From the IMG/VR virus record IMGVR_UViG_3300021431_000096, positions 1-64,000 of that record: DNA of 64,000 bases, one strand, 5' to 3'. Position numbers and translations under genes: made by a program. The notes under the pieces were generated by a model. That model was not told where the DNA came from. It worked only from the letters and a program-made list of their open reading frames with translations, and did no database searches. Source of the DNA: a virus (Duplodnaviria > Caudoviricetes). The first letter of the stretch is position 1. Each line of letters starts with the position of its first letter. Positions 9,112 through 18,515 of the stretch are shown here, one piece after another.

Positions 9112-10068
9112 ATGAAACCACAACCGACATGTACGAACACCATTCAATCGAAGAAACTGATTGAGCTGGGGTTAAGAGAGGACACAGCCGACCTCTACAT
9201 CATCAAGGAAAAAGACTACGCCATCAGCAACAAAAAGACCAAGGATGCCGTACCGTCGTGGTCGCTGGCAAGAATGGTGGAGATAGTGAGCCACTACCCG
9301 ACACCACACCCCGAAGTGTGGCGCGACGTGGACTTCTTCACGGAGATTTACAACGAGCTTTGCCACGCGCTTGTCAACGGCTACTGCTGGGACTACTGGA
9401 GCGACGAGAAACGCAAGCAGGAGAAAGACCCTGAGCGCAACCATTGGAGCAAGGCGGCTGATGCCATCCGCAAGAAGTTACCGAAAGTGTTTCAGTCGAA
9501 GTGGCCCGACCGACAGCAGCTCATAGACTTCTTCAAGAGCGAGGGCGAGCACATTAAGCATCGTGACGACCGCCTTGGCAAGATTTACCGCACGGCGGCA
9601 GAGGAACTGCAAGCCTACGACGACAAGGAGAAGAAGCCGCGACTGATGTTGCAATGGAGCCGTAACACCTTCGGCTATCATCATTTGAGTGCGTGGGCAC
9701 TGAACGACAAGGGCGAGGGCTGCTATGAGTATGCCGTGGTCATTGGCATCAACAAACTGACGGCTTTATGGAAACTCGCTCGTCAGATGAAGCGCATGGG
9801 TTACTTGCATCTGCTGCGATACGTGGTGAAGCAGGAAACCGTGTCAGACATACCAGGCCGCGTGAAGCACTTCCGCATCGAGCAAGTGACCGACACGTAC
9901 TTCCTCATCCGTCAGCGTCACACCCTGCTATTCTTCATTCACTTCTACGACAGCGGTGCCGAACTGCTCTGTCCCGACTATCGGCGCAACTCACGGCTCG
10001 ACGCTATGGACTTCATCAGCAAGACGGCAAGGGAGAAAGGCTTCGACTATCGAATACATGAGAAGTAA
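9112..10068 (+). CDS. Hypothetical protein (N-terminal CT..QSK.L..LGL...TAD...PSWSL motif)
   Basis: N-terminal motif shared with 56233-56691. Confidence 0.7.
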   Translation: MKPQPTCTNTIQSKKLIELGLREDTADLYIIKEKDYAISNKKTKDAVPSWSLARMVEIVSHYPTPHPEVWRDVDFFTEIYNELCHALVNGYCWDYWSDEKRKQEKDPERNHWSKAADAIRKKLPKVFQSKWPDRQQLIDFFKSEGEHIKHRDDRLGKIYRTAAEELQAYDDKEKKPRLMLQWSRNTFGYHHLSAWALNDKGEGCYEYAVVIGINKLTALWKLARQMKRMGYLHLLRYVVKQETVSDIPGRVKHFRIEQVTDTYFLIRQRHTLLFFIHFYDSGAELLCPDYRRNSRLDAMDFISKTAREKGFDYRIHEK

Positions 10069-10131
10069 ATCCCCTCAATCCGTATAATCCGTGTTCAAAA
10101 AAACAAAACCCTCAAAACCAATGGCGATATG
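10068..10131 (+). repeat. Leader repeat A, copy 1 (also 11362-11428 and 13568-13631)
   Basis: AATCCCCTCAATCCGTATAATCCGTGTTCA(n)CA(n)CCCTCA(n)CCAATGGCGATATG in three intergenic gaps. Confidence 0.9.
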
Positions 10132-10452
10132 ACTGATTACACAATTCCGATGATTATCGGCATGACATTGGCCTTCACACTTGGCGCAGCAGTCGGTGCG
10201 CTGTGGGGGCTTAGCCGGCACGAATGGCTCTACTGCCGCGTGACGGCACACCTGACGTGGAGGATGCGCGAGGCGATGAAGTCGCTCGGCATCGACGAGT
10301 GGAAAATCGACAAGGCGCAGGAGTATATGGGCTCGGTGGTTATACCGCCGCACATCCCGATGCCGGAACCGCCCGTGAAGGCTGCGAGATGGGTAGCGCC
10401 ATCCGCACCCCGCTCCCTTTTTTCAAAACGACAACGAGATTTTTTCAAATAA
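10129..10452 (+). CDS. Small membrane protein, duplicate copy 1
   Basis: Nearly identical to 11426-11833 over the first ~86 codons. Confidence 0.7.
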   Translation: MTDYTIPMIIGMTLAFTLGAAVGALWGLSRHEWLYCRVTAHLTWRMREAMKSLGIDEWKIDKAQEYMGSVVIPPHIPMPEPPVKAARWVAPSAPRSLFSKRQRDFFK

Positions 10453-10459
10453 TGGCGAT

Positions 10460-11359
10460 ATGATACAACAACTTGACCTTTTCGGCAACCCGATTCCGAT
10501 GCCACCAAAGCAGGTTGACTTGCAGACGAAAGTCGAGCGAGCCATCCGATTGTTGAAGTCGGCGGAGCGTGCGGCAAAGAAGAAAGGACAACCCGTGGAG
10601 GTGTGCTATTCGGGCGGCAAGGACAGCGATGTTATCCTTGAACTCGCACGGATGAGCGGCATCAACTTTCGGGCTATCTACAAGAATACGACCATCGACC
10701 CGCCTGGCACGATTAAGCATTGCGTAGAGCAAGGCGTCGAGGTACATAAGCCTAAGCAGACGTTTTATCAGGTCATTGAGAACAGAGGATATCCGACACG
10801 TCTGCGCCGATTCTGCTGCGAGGTGCTGAAAGAGTACAAGATATTGGACGTAGCCGTACAGGGCATCCGTCGCTCGGAAAGCATCAAGCGTTCGCAGATG
10901 TACGGCGAACCACAGATATGCCGCATCTACAATGGCAGCAAGAAGAACCACGTTTCAGTGTTCCTTCCTATCCTCGAATGGACTGACAAGGATGTCGAAA
11001 TGTTTATCAAGGAGCGCGGTATCAAATGCCATCCGCTCTATTATAACGAGCATGGCAAATTCTGTGTATCGTGCCGACTCGGTTGTATGGGGTGTCCGCA
11101 AAAGCATGACAATGGACTGCATGAGTTTCGTGAACGACCCGCTTTAGTCAAGGCATGGCTTAGGGCTGGCGAGAAATGGTGGAACACGCACCCCATCGTC
11201 AAGGTCAAGAAGAAGTATCACGACCACTATGAACTGTTTGTCCGCGACGTGTTCTGCAATAGCCACGAGGAGTTCGTCCGAAAGTTTGGGCCTAATCTTT
11301 TCCACGGGGCTATCGACTGCAAGGCATTTCTCTCGGACTACTTCGGCATCGCTCTTTGA
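10460..11359 (+). CDS. PAPS reductase / PP-loop family protein
   Basis: YSGGKDS, NTTIDPP, RFCC..LKE, GIRR.ES..R, PILEW, RLGCMGCP motifs. Confidence 0.88.
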   Translation: MIQQLDLFGNPIPMPPKQVDLQTKVERAIRLLKSAERAAKKKGQPVEVCYSGGKDSDVILELARMSGINFRAIYKNTTIDPPGTIKHCVEQGVEVHKPKQTFYQVIENRGYPTRLRRFCCEVLKEYKILDVAVQGIRRSESIKRSQMYGEPQICRIYNGSKKNHVSVFLPILEWTDKDVEMFIKERGIKCHPLYYNEHGKFCVSCRLGCMGCPQKHDNGLHEFRERPALVKAWLRAGEKWWNTHPIVKVKKKYHDHYELFVRDVFCNSHEEFVRKFGPNLFHGAIDCKAFLSDYFGIAL

Positions 11360-11425
11360 ATAATCCCCTCAATCCGTATAATCCGTGTTCAAAAAAAACA
11401 AAAACCCTCAAAAACCAATGGCGAT

Positions 11426-11833
11426 ATGACTGATTACACAATTCCGATGATTATCGGCATGACATTGGCCTTCACACTTGGCGCAGGATTCGGTGCGCTG
11501 TGGGGGCTTAGCCGGCACGAATGGCTCTACTGCCGCGTGACGGCACACCTGACGTGGAGGATGCGAGAGGCGATGAAGTCGCTCGGCATCGACGAGTGGA
11601 AAATCGACAAGGCGCAGGAGTATATGGGGTCGGTGGTCATACCGCCGCACATCCCGATGCCGGAACCGCCCGTGAAGGCTGCGAGTGAGCGAGAGCAGTC
11701 GGAAGCTCGCTTCCAGAATGCCGAGCGTGAGCAGGCTCGACCGCAGGTCAAGGCTGCGAGTGAGCGGGAGCAATGCCAAACTGGTTTGAGCATTGCCGAG
11801 CGTGAGCAAAATCAAAACGAAAGTTTTAATTAA
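11426..11833 (+). CDS. Small membrane protein, duplicate copy 2 (tail built from two REP-like elements)
   Basis: C-terminus SEREQSEARFQNAEREQ...SEREQCQTGLSIAEREQ is encoded by repeats at 11687-11732 and 11762-11807. Confidence 0.7.
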   Translation: MTDYTIPMIIGMTLAFTLGAGFGALWGLSRHEWLYCRVTAHLTWRMREAMKSLGIDEWKIDKAQEYMGSVVIPPHIPMPEPPVKAASEREQSEARFQNAEREQARPQVKAASEREQCQTGLSIAEREQNQNESFN

Positions 11834-11842
11834 ACGAATTAT

Positions 11843-12856
11843 ATGATACGAACAGTAACGCTTTTTTCCGGCTATGACAGTCAATGCCTCGCCCTGCGAC
11901 GTTTGGGCGTGGACTTCGACTTGGTGGCTTGGTGTGAGATTGACGACGACGCAAGAAAGGCGCACGACCTGCTGTTCCCAGAGTATGCGAACCGCAACAT
12001 TGGCGACATCAGCAAGATAAACTGGCAGACGTTTATGGAAATGCGCAAAGGCCCCGCCGTCGATTACTACACGAAGCAATACCTGCTGTTTGCGCCGGAG
12101 CAGACCGACACTGGCGACGAGCAAGTGGACTTGCTGACCTATTCGTCGCCCTGCCAAGACTTCTCGATTGCCGGACTGCAAGCCGGAGCCGAGGAAGGCA
12201 GCGGTACCCGAAGCAGTTTGTTGTGGGAAAGCGAGCGGGCCATTGCCGCCCTGCGACCGAAGTATTTGCTGTTCGAGAACGTGGGTGCCGTGGTCAGCAA
12301 GAAGTTCAAACCGCTGTTTGAGGACTGGTGCAAGCGACTGGAGGGCTACGGCTACACGAACTACTGGAAGATTCTCAACGCCCGCCACTACGAGGTGCCG
12401 CAGAACCGACTGCGGCTTTACATGGTCAGCATCCTCGGCGAGCACAAGCCGTACCACTTCCCAGAACCATTGCCGCTGGAAAAGAAGTTCAGCGACGTAT
12501 TGGAGCCGACGGTGCCCGAGCGTTACTTCCTGAGTGAAGCGGCCATCCGTTCCATCTTCAACACGCCACCAGGTACGAACTTCAAACCGACGGTGGACGG
12601 CGGCGGCGAGAACTACGCAAGGGCTTTGACCTGCGGCGATCACCTTTGGCGACGTACCGACAACTACGTGACAGCCCCCGACGGGCGACTGCGCCGACTG
12701 ACGGAGCGCGAGGCGTTCCGGCTGATGGACGTGGACGATGCAGACATCGACAAGCTGGTGTCGTCGGACATATCCTTCACGCAATTACAGAAGATGGCTG
12801 GAAATAGCATCGTGGTAAACGTGCTATGCCACATATTCCGAAACCTTTTAATGTAA
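11843..12856 (+). CDS. C5-cytosine DNA methyltransferase
   Basis: LFSGYDS (motif I), SSPCQDFS (IV), FENV (VI), PQNR.R (VIII), RRLT.RE..RLM (IX), AGNSI (X). Confidence 0.92.
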   Translation: MIRTVTLFSGYDSQCLALRRLGVDFDLVAWCEIDDDARKAHDLLFPEYANRNIGDISKINWQTFMEMRKGPAVDYYTKQYLLFAPEQTDTGDEQVDLLTYSSPCQDFSIAGLQAGAEEGSGTRSSLLWESERAIAALRPKYLLFENVGAVVSKKFKPLFEDWCKRLEGYGYTNYWKILNARHYEVPQNRLRLYMVSILGEHKPYHFPEPLPLEKKFSDVLEPTVPERYFLSEAAIRSIFNTPPGTNFKPTVDGGGENYARALTCGDHLWRRTDNYVTAPDGRLRRLTEREAFRLMDVDDADIDKLVSSDISFTQLQKMAGNSIVVNVLCHIFRNLLM

Positions 12857-12861
12857 ACGAT

Positions 12862-13080
12862 ATGACAGAACTAACAACATGCCCCTTTTGCGGCGGTCTT
12901 ATCAATCATGGTAGCGACTGCTTGGCCGCTGAAATGTACGACGGCTATGAAGAAGATGACGATGCCATTGTCAGCTCATACCGCTGCACCCGCTGCGGTC
13001 GTGACATCGAGGTGACGGAGCCATCGGAGAGTGAACGAAACGGCGATTATGCCGAGTATTGGAAATCAAACGAACAGTGA
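12862..13080 (+). CDS. Zn-ribbon protein, paralogue 1
   Basis: CPFCGG...YRCTRCGRDIEVTEP...Y.EYW. Confidence 0.75.
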   Translation: MTELTTCPFCGGLINHGSDCLAAEMYDGYEEDDDAIVSSYRCTRCGRDIEVTEPSESERNGDYAEYWKSNEQ

Positions 13081-13082
13081 TT

Positions 13083-13328
13083 ATGGACTTTCAACAGACA
13101 AGAGAAAAGATAGCCGAACAGAGGTGCATCTTCTGCGGCGGTGAGTTATCGTTCGACGGGCAAGAGCGTGTCGGCACATGGCGCAATGGCTACGGCGGCG
13201 ACAAGGTGGCCATGCTGAACTACGTCCGCTGTAAGAAATGCGGTCGTGACTATGAAATCTTCGACCCAACGGCTGAAGAACGTGCGACTGATTATAAGGA
13301 CTATTGGGATAATGAGGGCGCGAAATGA
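13083..13328 (+). CDS. Zn-ribbon protein, paralogue 2
   Basis: CIFCGG...RCKKCGRDYEIFDP...YKDYW. Confidence 0.75.
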   Translation: MDFQQTREKIAEQRCIFCGGELSFDGQERVGTWRNGYGGDKVAMLNYVRCKKCGRDYEIFDPTAEERATDYKDYWDNEGAK

Positions 13329-13567
13329 TACCGAAGCCAGAAGACATGAAATGCCCCATTTGTGGCGGCAGACTGTACGACCAAGGCAAGAACCGAGCCA
13401 TCGCCGAGCGTTGCTCACATGGCGACGACTTCAAGGCCGTAATCCGTTTCTACTCCTGCGGTCGCTGTGGTCGTGACATCGAAATCATCGACCCTATCGA
13501 AAGCGTCCGCAATGAGTACGGCGAGTATTGGAAAAACCATCAGGACGAACTATGGCAGGACGAGTAA
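13325..13567 (+). CDS. Zn-ribbon protein, paralogue 3
   Basis: CPICGG...SCGRCGRDIEIIDP...YGEYW; ATGA overlap with paralogue 2. Confidence 0.75.
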   Translation: MIPKPEDMKCPICGGRLYDQGKNRAIAERCSHGDDFKAVIRFYSCGRCGRDIEIIDPIESVRNEYGEYWKNHQDELWQDE

Positions 13568-13628
13568 AATCCCCTCAATCCGTATAATCCGTGTTCAAAA
13601 AACAAAACCCTCAAAAACCAATGGCGAT

Positions 13629-13952
13629 ATGAAACAAGAAGACATCAAACACCAATCGACAATGACAAAGACATACGACCGAAAGGCTATGAAGCCCGTG
13701 ATGCCGCCGACGGACGCCGAGGACATAGAGTGGCGCGACGTGGTGGGATTCGAGGGGCGCTACGAAGTGTCGAACTACGGCCACGTGCGCACCATTCCCC
13801 ACTATGCAGATAACCACACAGGGCGCATACTGCTGAAGGCGCGGCTGCTGCGCCCGAACGTGCTGCGGAAAGGCTACCTGCAGGTGACTATCAGCGACAA
13901 GGACTGCCGCCGACACGCCCCAAGATTCTCATCCAATACGGCGATACAATAA
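13629..13952 (+). pseudogene. Truncated NUMOD4 protein lacking the HNH domain
   Basis: EWRDVVGFEGRYEVSNYGHVR...KGYLQV, then ends before the HRLVA...F/HNH motifs. Confidence 0.6.
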
Positions 13953-13969
13953 AATTCTAATTTGGCGAT

Positions 13970-14524
13970 ATGAAAGAAATATGGAAAGACATTGAAGGTT
14001 ACGAGGGCTTATATCAAGTGAGCGACAAGGGCAGGGTGCGCTCCATTGCCACATTCCAAGGAAAATGGAACGCAGTATATAAAAGAAAGGAACCGTCGCT
14101 TCTGACCCAGCAGGCAGACAAGGACGGCTATCTCCGCGTTGGACTCACGAAGAACAGAGTCATCAGAAGGTATATGGTTCACAGGCTTGTGGCATCGGCC
14201 TTTATCGACAACCCTGACGGACTGCCGATGATTAACCATAAGGATCAGGATAAGCAGAACAACCGCTCGGACAATCTCGAATGGTGTACGGCAAAGTACA
14301 ACTCGAACTACGGCGACATCAAGGATAGACTCAGTGCCGCCCGCATCAACCTGCCGTCGGTGTCGAAGCAGGTGAAGATGATTTACGACGATGGCCGCGA
14401 GGAGGTGTTTCCCTCCATCAGCGAGGTGGAGAGACGACTCGGCATCTCATGGAAACGCATCAGGCGGAGCATTAAGCATAACACAAATGTATTCAATACG
14501 GATTTTAAATTCAAATACCTTTAG
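13970..14524 (+). CDS. NUMOD4-HNH homing endonuclease
   Basis: EIWKDIEGYEGLYQVSD.GRVRS, HRLVA.AFI.NP...P.INHKD.DK.NN...NLEWCT..YN. Confidence 0.9.
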   Translation: MKEIWKDIEGYEGLYQVSDKGRVRSIATFQGKWNAVYKRKEPSLLTQQADKDGYLRVGLTKNRVIRRYMVHRLVASAFIDNPDGLPMINHKDQDKQNNRSDNLEWCTAKYNSNYGDIKDRLSAARINLPSVSKQVKMIYDDGREEVFPSISEVERRLGISWKRIRRSIKHNTNVFNTDFKFKYL

Positions 14525-14527
14525 ATT

Positions 14528-14938
14528 ATGGAAATAGTAGGAACAATCATTGCCGTGCTGCCAGCTCAGAGCGGCGTGTCGGCAAGAACGGGCAACCCGT
14601 GGATGTCGCAGGAATACGTCATCGAGGTGCCGGGTATGTACCCTAAGCGGATGTGCTTCCGCATCTTCGGCGAGGACCGCATCAAGCAGTTCGCCCTGCA
14701 GCAGGGTCAGCAGAACGTTACCATTCAGTTTGACATCGACGCCCACGAGCACGAAGGTCGCTGGTATAACGAGGTGCGCTGCTACAACGTGCTACGTGCC
14801 GTGCCAGCCGGACAGGTGGCAGCACCGCAGCCCTACGGTGGCACGACGGGACAACGGCCGGGAGCAGCGCAGCCAGGGACAGCACCGTTCCCTCCCCCGC
14901 AGACCGACCCCGCCACCGGCGAGCCGCTGCCGTTTTAG
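14528..14938 (+). CDS. DUF3127 family protein (OB-fold, SSB-like)
   Basis: MEI.G.IIAVLP..SGVS...GN.W..QEYVIE....YPK..CF..FGEDRI...FDIDA.E..GRWYN...; ends LPF. Confidence 0.85.
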   Translation: MEIVGTIIAVLPAQSGVSARTGNPWMSQEYVIEVPGMYPKRMCFRIFGEDRIKQFALQQGQQNVTIQFDIDAHEHEGRWYNEVRCYNVLRAVPAGQVAAPQPYGGTTGQRPGAAQPGTAPFPPPQTDPATGEPLPF

Positions 14939-15062
14939 GCGTGTCGCCTAAGACTTTCGTCACGACTCGGCAAAGCTGATGCAAGCATCGCTCTGCCCTC
15001 GCTGCTCCGAAAGTTCTGACCGCCGACCTTTATTTTTATCATACATAACAATATTGTGTACC

Positions 15063-15100
15063 GCCCCGCTTGGTCTGTGAAGATCGGGCGGGGATTTTTG
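15063..15100 (+). terminator. Putative intrinsic terminator after the early block
   Basis: CCCCGCTTGGTCT/AGATCGGGCGGGG stem followed by ATTTTTG. Confidence 0.5.
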
Positions 15101-15248
15101 TGTGGACTGCGCATAGAGCAAGCGCTTGTTCTTGCGTCCCGTTGGTAGCAAGCGGCAAAGCCGAGCGCAGACCACCCCTAACCCCTCCTAACTCAGGAGG
15201 GGAAACCAATACCGCAGCGGCGGCTGACTCAGGAGGGGAAAGACGGTT

Positions 15249-15282
15249 GTCCCATTTTTGAATCGGCTTGGTTGTAACTTTC
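15249..15282 (+). promoter_or_regulatory. GTCCC-class promoter upstream of the portal gene
   Basis: GTCCC-N21-TAACTTTC; one of ten copies (see findings). Confidence 0.6.
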
Positions 15283-15310
15283 GGCCAGAAATAATAAATC
15301 GCAAAAAGAT

Positions 15311-17266
15311 ATGGCAACAAAGAAACAGACGAAGAAGGGTGCGACGATGCAGAGCACGACGCTGCCGGAGCACCCTAACGTGACGGTGGTGACAAGCCGC
15401 GAGGAGTTTGAGCGCGAGGCACAGCGGCTGCGCGAGAGCGGATTTACGGAAGTGCCGGGTGCGCTCGGTGGCGGCAGCGGCGGCGGCATCAGTCCCGACT
15501 ATGCCGACTACCTCGAAGCGAAGCTGTCGTGCAGTGAGGGCACGGGCAAGGGCAAGACCTCGCTGCCCCTGCTCCACGTGAGCAGCGGCTATGCACAGCC
15601 AGTGACGGCGGCAAACGGCCACAAGGGAAGCTACATCACCTGGGGCGCTGGCAACCGCATCCCTAACGTCATCTCACTGCTCTGTTCGCTGCTGCCCTAC
15701 ACGGCGGCTGCGCTGAAGTTCAACATCGACCTCTGTTGCGGCATGGGTCCGCGCCCGATGTACGCCTACACGCAGTACGTCGGTGGCAACATCTCGCAGA
15801 AGTCGATACCCTACGATCAGGCCGACAAGCTCATCCTCGGACAGATTCGCGACCTGCAGTTGCAGCTGGTGAAGCTGGAGGCAGAACATCCGGAGTTGAC
15901 TGAGGATGACGGCGCAGCAGGCATAGCGCTTGTTCAGACCACCCCACCTGTCGGCACCCCTCCTAACTCAGGAGGGGAAACAGATACCTCGAAGCCTCGC
16001 AAGTCTGCCGCCGAGCAGATGCGCGACGAGCTGCGGGAGCAGATAGAGAGCCTGCGCAAGGACCTCGCCACGTGGCAGCTGACGATGAAGCAGCTCTACG
16101 GCGACCCCGACGCGACGGAGGCCGAAGACCGCATCGGATTCCTCGGGCGCAACAACCTGCTGCAGACCTTCCAGCAGCTCTACGCCGACATGCTGCAGTA
16201 CAACATCTGCTACCCCGAGTTCGAGTTGCAGAAGACCTACCTCGTGCCCTCGCAGCAGACCGACCCCGTGACCGGCAAGGTGATTATGAAGGACGTGCCC
16301 GCCTCGCAGTGGTCGCCCAAGGTGGTCGGTCTGAAATGGCGCAACGCCAAGACCATGCGCCTCGAAATGATGTCGAACCAAAACCGTATAGAACATGTTT
16401 ACATCTCGAACCAGTGGCTTTCATCGCCCGAACAGACCATCCCAACGCAGGATAGTGATTTCAAGATCGACGCTCTTCCGGCACTCTCCTATCAACAGCC
16501 AGCCCAAGACCTGGAACGGCTTGCGCGAGACGCCCGAACCGCTCGAACTGGCAAAGCGGCCCGACCCACTCATGTAGTGATGCCCGTCACGTACAACGAG
16601 TACGGCCACCCCTATTACCCCGTGCCGGCGTGGTACTCGGTCTTCAGCGGCGATGTCTATACCTACGCCTCGCTGCTCATCTCCGACCGCAAGAAGCGCC
16701 GCGACAATGCCAATGTGATAGGCAGGATTCTGTATGTTTCGGACGAATACATACAACGAATGTATATCCAAAGGCATCTTGACACGCCCGAACAGCGCCG
16801 CGAGTTCTTCCAGAAGGAGATCGTGGAGCCCATCAACAACTTCCTGAAGAACCGCGACCACATGGGAGAGCCGATGCTCGCCTACACGTTCAAGGATGCC
16901 GACGGCAAGGTGTATAAGTCGTGGGAGATCGTCGAGGTGCAGGAGAACAACGCCCAGCAGGCCGAGGCCAACAAGGAGGAGCTGGCCGAGATCTCCAGCA
17001 TCATCCTCTTCGCGTGGGGCGTCGATTCGCAACTGATCGGCAACACCCCCGGCACGACCACCCGCAGCGGCGGCACCGACCTGCGCGAGCGTTACCTGCT
17101 GAAACAGGTGAACATGGCGCTGATGCAGCAGCTGGTGCTCAACACGCTGAATGTCGTCAACGTCCGCAACCAGTGGGACCCCCACCTCCAGTGGCAGATC
17201 AAGAAGGAGGTGCTCACCACGCTCGACAACTCGAAGACCGGCATTACCGAGGCCGAGAGCGCGTAA
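15311..17266 (+). CDS. Phage portal protein
   Basis: WG.GN.IP, YYP.PAWYSVF, I.FA.GV...LIG.TPG....SGGTDLRE.YLLKQ and LTTLD.SKTG C-terminal motifs as in Bacteroides-phage portals; first gene of the structural block. Confidence 0.75.
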   Translation: MATKKQTKKGATMQSTTLPEHPNVTVVTSREEFEREAQRLRESGFTEVPGALGGGSGGGISPDYADYLEAKLSCSEGTGKGKTSLPLLHVSSGYAQPVTAANGHKGSYITWGAGNRIPNVISLLCSLLPYTAAALKFNIDLCCGMGPRPMYAYTQYVGGNISQKSIPYDQADKLILGQIRDLQLQLVKLEAEHPELTEDDGAAGIALVQTTPPVGTPPNSGGETDTSKPRKSAAEQMRDELREQIESLRKDLATWQLTMKQLYGDPDATEAEDRIGFLGRNNLLQTFQQLYADMLQYNICYPEFELQKTYLVPSQQTDPVTGKVIMKDVPASQWSPKVVGLKWRNAKTMRLEMMSNQNRIEHVYISNQWLSSPEQTIPTQDSDFKIDALPALSYQQPAQDLERLARDARTARTGKAARPTHVVMPVTYNEYGHPYYPVPAWYSVFSGDVYTYASLLISDRKKRRDNANVIGRILYVSDEYIQRMYIQRHLDTPEQRREFFQKEIVEPINNFLKNRDHMGEPMLAYTFKDADGKVYKSWEIVEVQENNAQQAEANKEELAEISSIILFAWGVDSQLIGNTPGTTTRSGGTDLRERYLLKQVNMALMQQLVLNTLNVVNVRNQWDPHLQWQIKKEVLTTLDNSKTGITEAESA

Positions 17267-17300
17267 AAGAAAAAAAGTAAAAAGGTAAAACGATACAATT

Positions 17301-18503
17301 ATGTTAATTACAACAATCGAGGAATTAAGACTGTGCTTCCCCAGCCACGCCATCGACCACATCGACGCATTCGTGGGCTATATCGACAACTCGGAGCACG
17401 AGTTCCTGCTGCAGCCTCTCGGACAGCCGCTTTACGACAAACTCTGCGACTGGTACGACCAGAACAAACCCGTGATGACCACCATCGACGACAAGCAGGC
17501 AGGCTATTACAACAAACTCCTGCTCATCGCCCAGCGCTGCGTCGCCTTCGACGCCATGTCGAGAGCCATCGACCAGCAGGCCATCTCGATCAACGGCTCC
17601 GGCATCAACTTCGCCAGCGCCGAGGACTACAAGGCTGCCGACGGCGAGGCCATCAACCGCGCCAAGCAGTCGTACCAAAAGGAAGCCCACAGCGCACTCA
17701 ACCGCCTGCTCTATACCCTGGAGCAGTGGACTGCGCAATGTCCGACCGAGGAAGACGTGACCGCTGAGACGCAGGAACTCTACGAAATCTGCAAGTTCTG
17801 GCGCTCGTCGCGCTACTTCTATCTCGCCGCGCAGCTGCTCATCCCGAGCGCCACCGTGCTGCAGGAGTACCTGAACATCTACGACAGTCGCGAAAAATTC
17901 ATCCAGATGCTGCCCGATTTGCACTTTATTCAGGAAGAGCAGATCGCCCAGGCGATTGGCGAAGACTTCTGCGAGTTCCTCGTTGGTATGCAGATTAAAG
18001 GCGGTACCAAGCGCGACGCCACCGCCGCCACGAGCAGCACGCCGAAAGTCCTGGCCGACGACAGCGACATTCCGCCGACCACCCGCCGCCTGCTCCACAA
18101 ACTCCGCAAGATCGAGGCCACGCTGCTCGAAGGCCGCACAAAGGTGCTGCGCGTCGAAAAAGACCGCCGCATCGCCGCCCACGACGAGGGCATCCGTCTG
18201 CTCGGCCAGTGGCGCGAATACTGCCAGCAGCACCAGTCGGCGATCCTGAAAGACCTCGACACCATCCACGGCCTGCCCGCCACCGCTGCGGCCCTGCTCT
18301 CGCCGACCGACCGCGAACAACTCGCCCCAGACGTGCTCAACGCCTGCCTCGAAGCCGAGCAGCCATTCACCGACAGCCCCATGTTCGTCGCCCCCGTCTT
18401 TGAGACCCCCGCCGAGTCCAAAAGCCCCTGCGGCTGCCGCTGCGACTCCGACAATCTCAACCATGACGGCATGGCCATGCTCGTCACGCCCCCATTACTC
18501 TAA
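17301..18503 (+). CDS. Putative head-tail adaptor (DUF6712-like)
   Basis: MLIT..EELR...P........F......SE..FL...LG..LY; follows the portal. Confidence 0.55.
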   Translation: MLITTIEELRLCFPSHAIDHIDAFVGYIDNSEHEFLLQPLGQPLYDKLCDWYDQNKPVMTTIDDKQAGYYNKLLLIAQRCVAFDAMSRAIDQQAISINGSGINFASAEDYKAADGEAINRAKQSYQKEAHSALNRLLYTLEQWTAQCPTEEDVTAETQELYEICKFWRSSRYFYLAAQLLIPSATVLQEYLNIYDSREKFIQMLPDLHFIQEEQIAQAIGEDFCEFLVGMQIKGGTKRDATAATSSTPKVLADDSDIPPTTRRLLHKLRKIEATLLEGRTKVLRVEKDRRIAAHDEGIRLLGQWREYCQQHQSAILKDLDTIHGLPATAAALLSPTDREQLAPDVLNACLEAEQPFTDSPMFVAPVFETPAESKSPCGCRCDSDNLNHDGMAMLVTPPLL

Positions 18504-18515
18504 AACCAAGAAACT

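Noticed and set aside
8384-13631. CRISPR array or integron
   Set aside because: The repeats are 60-80 bp, separated by whole genes, and non-palindromic at the ends; no cas or tyrosine-integrase gene is in the window.
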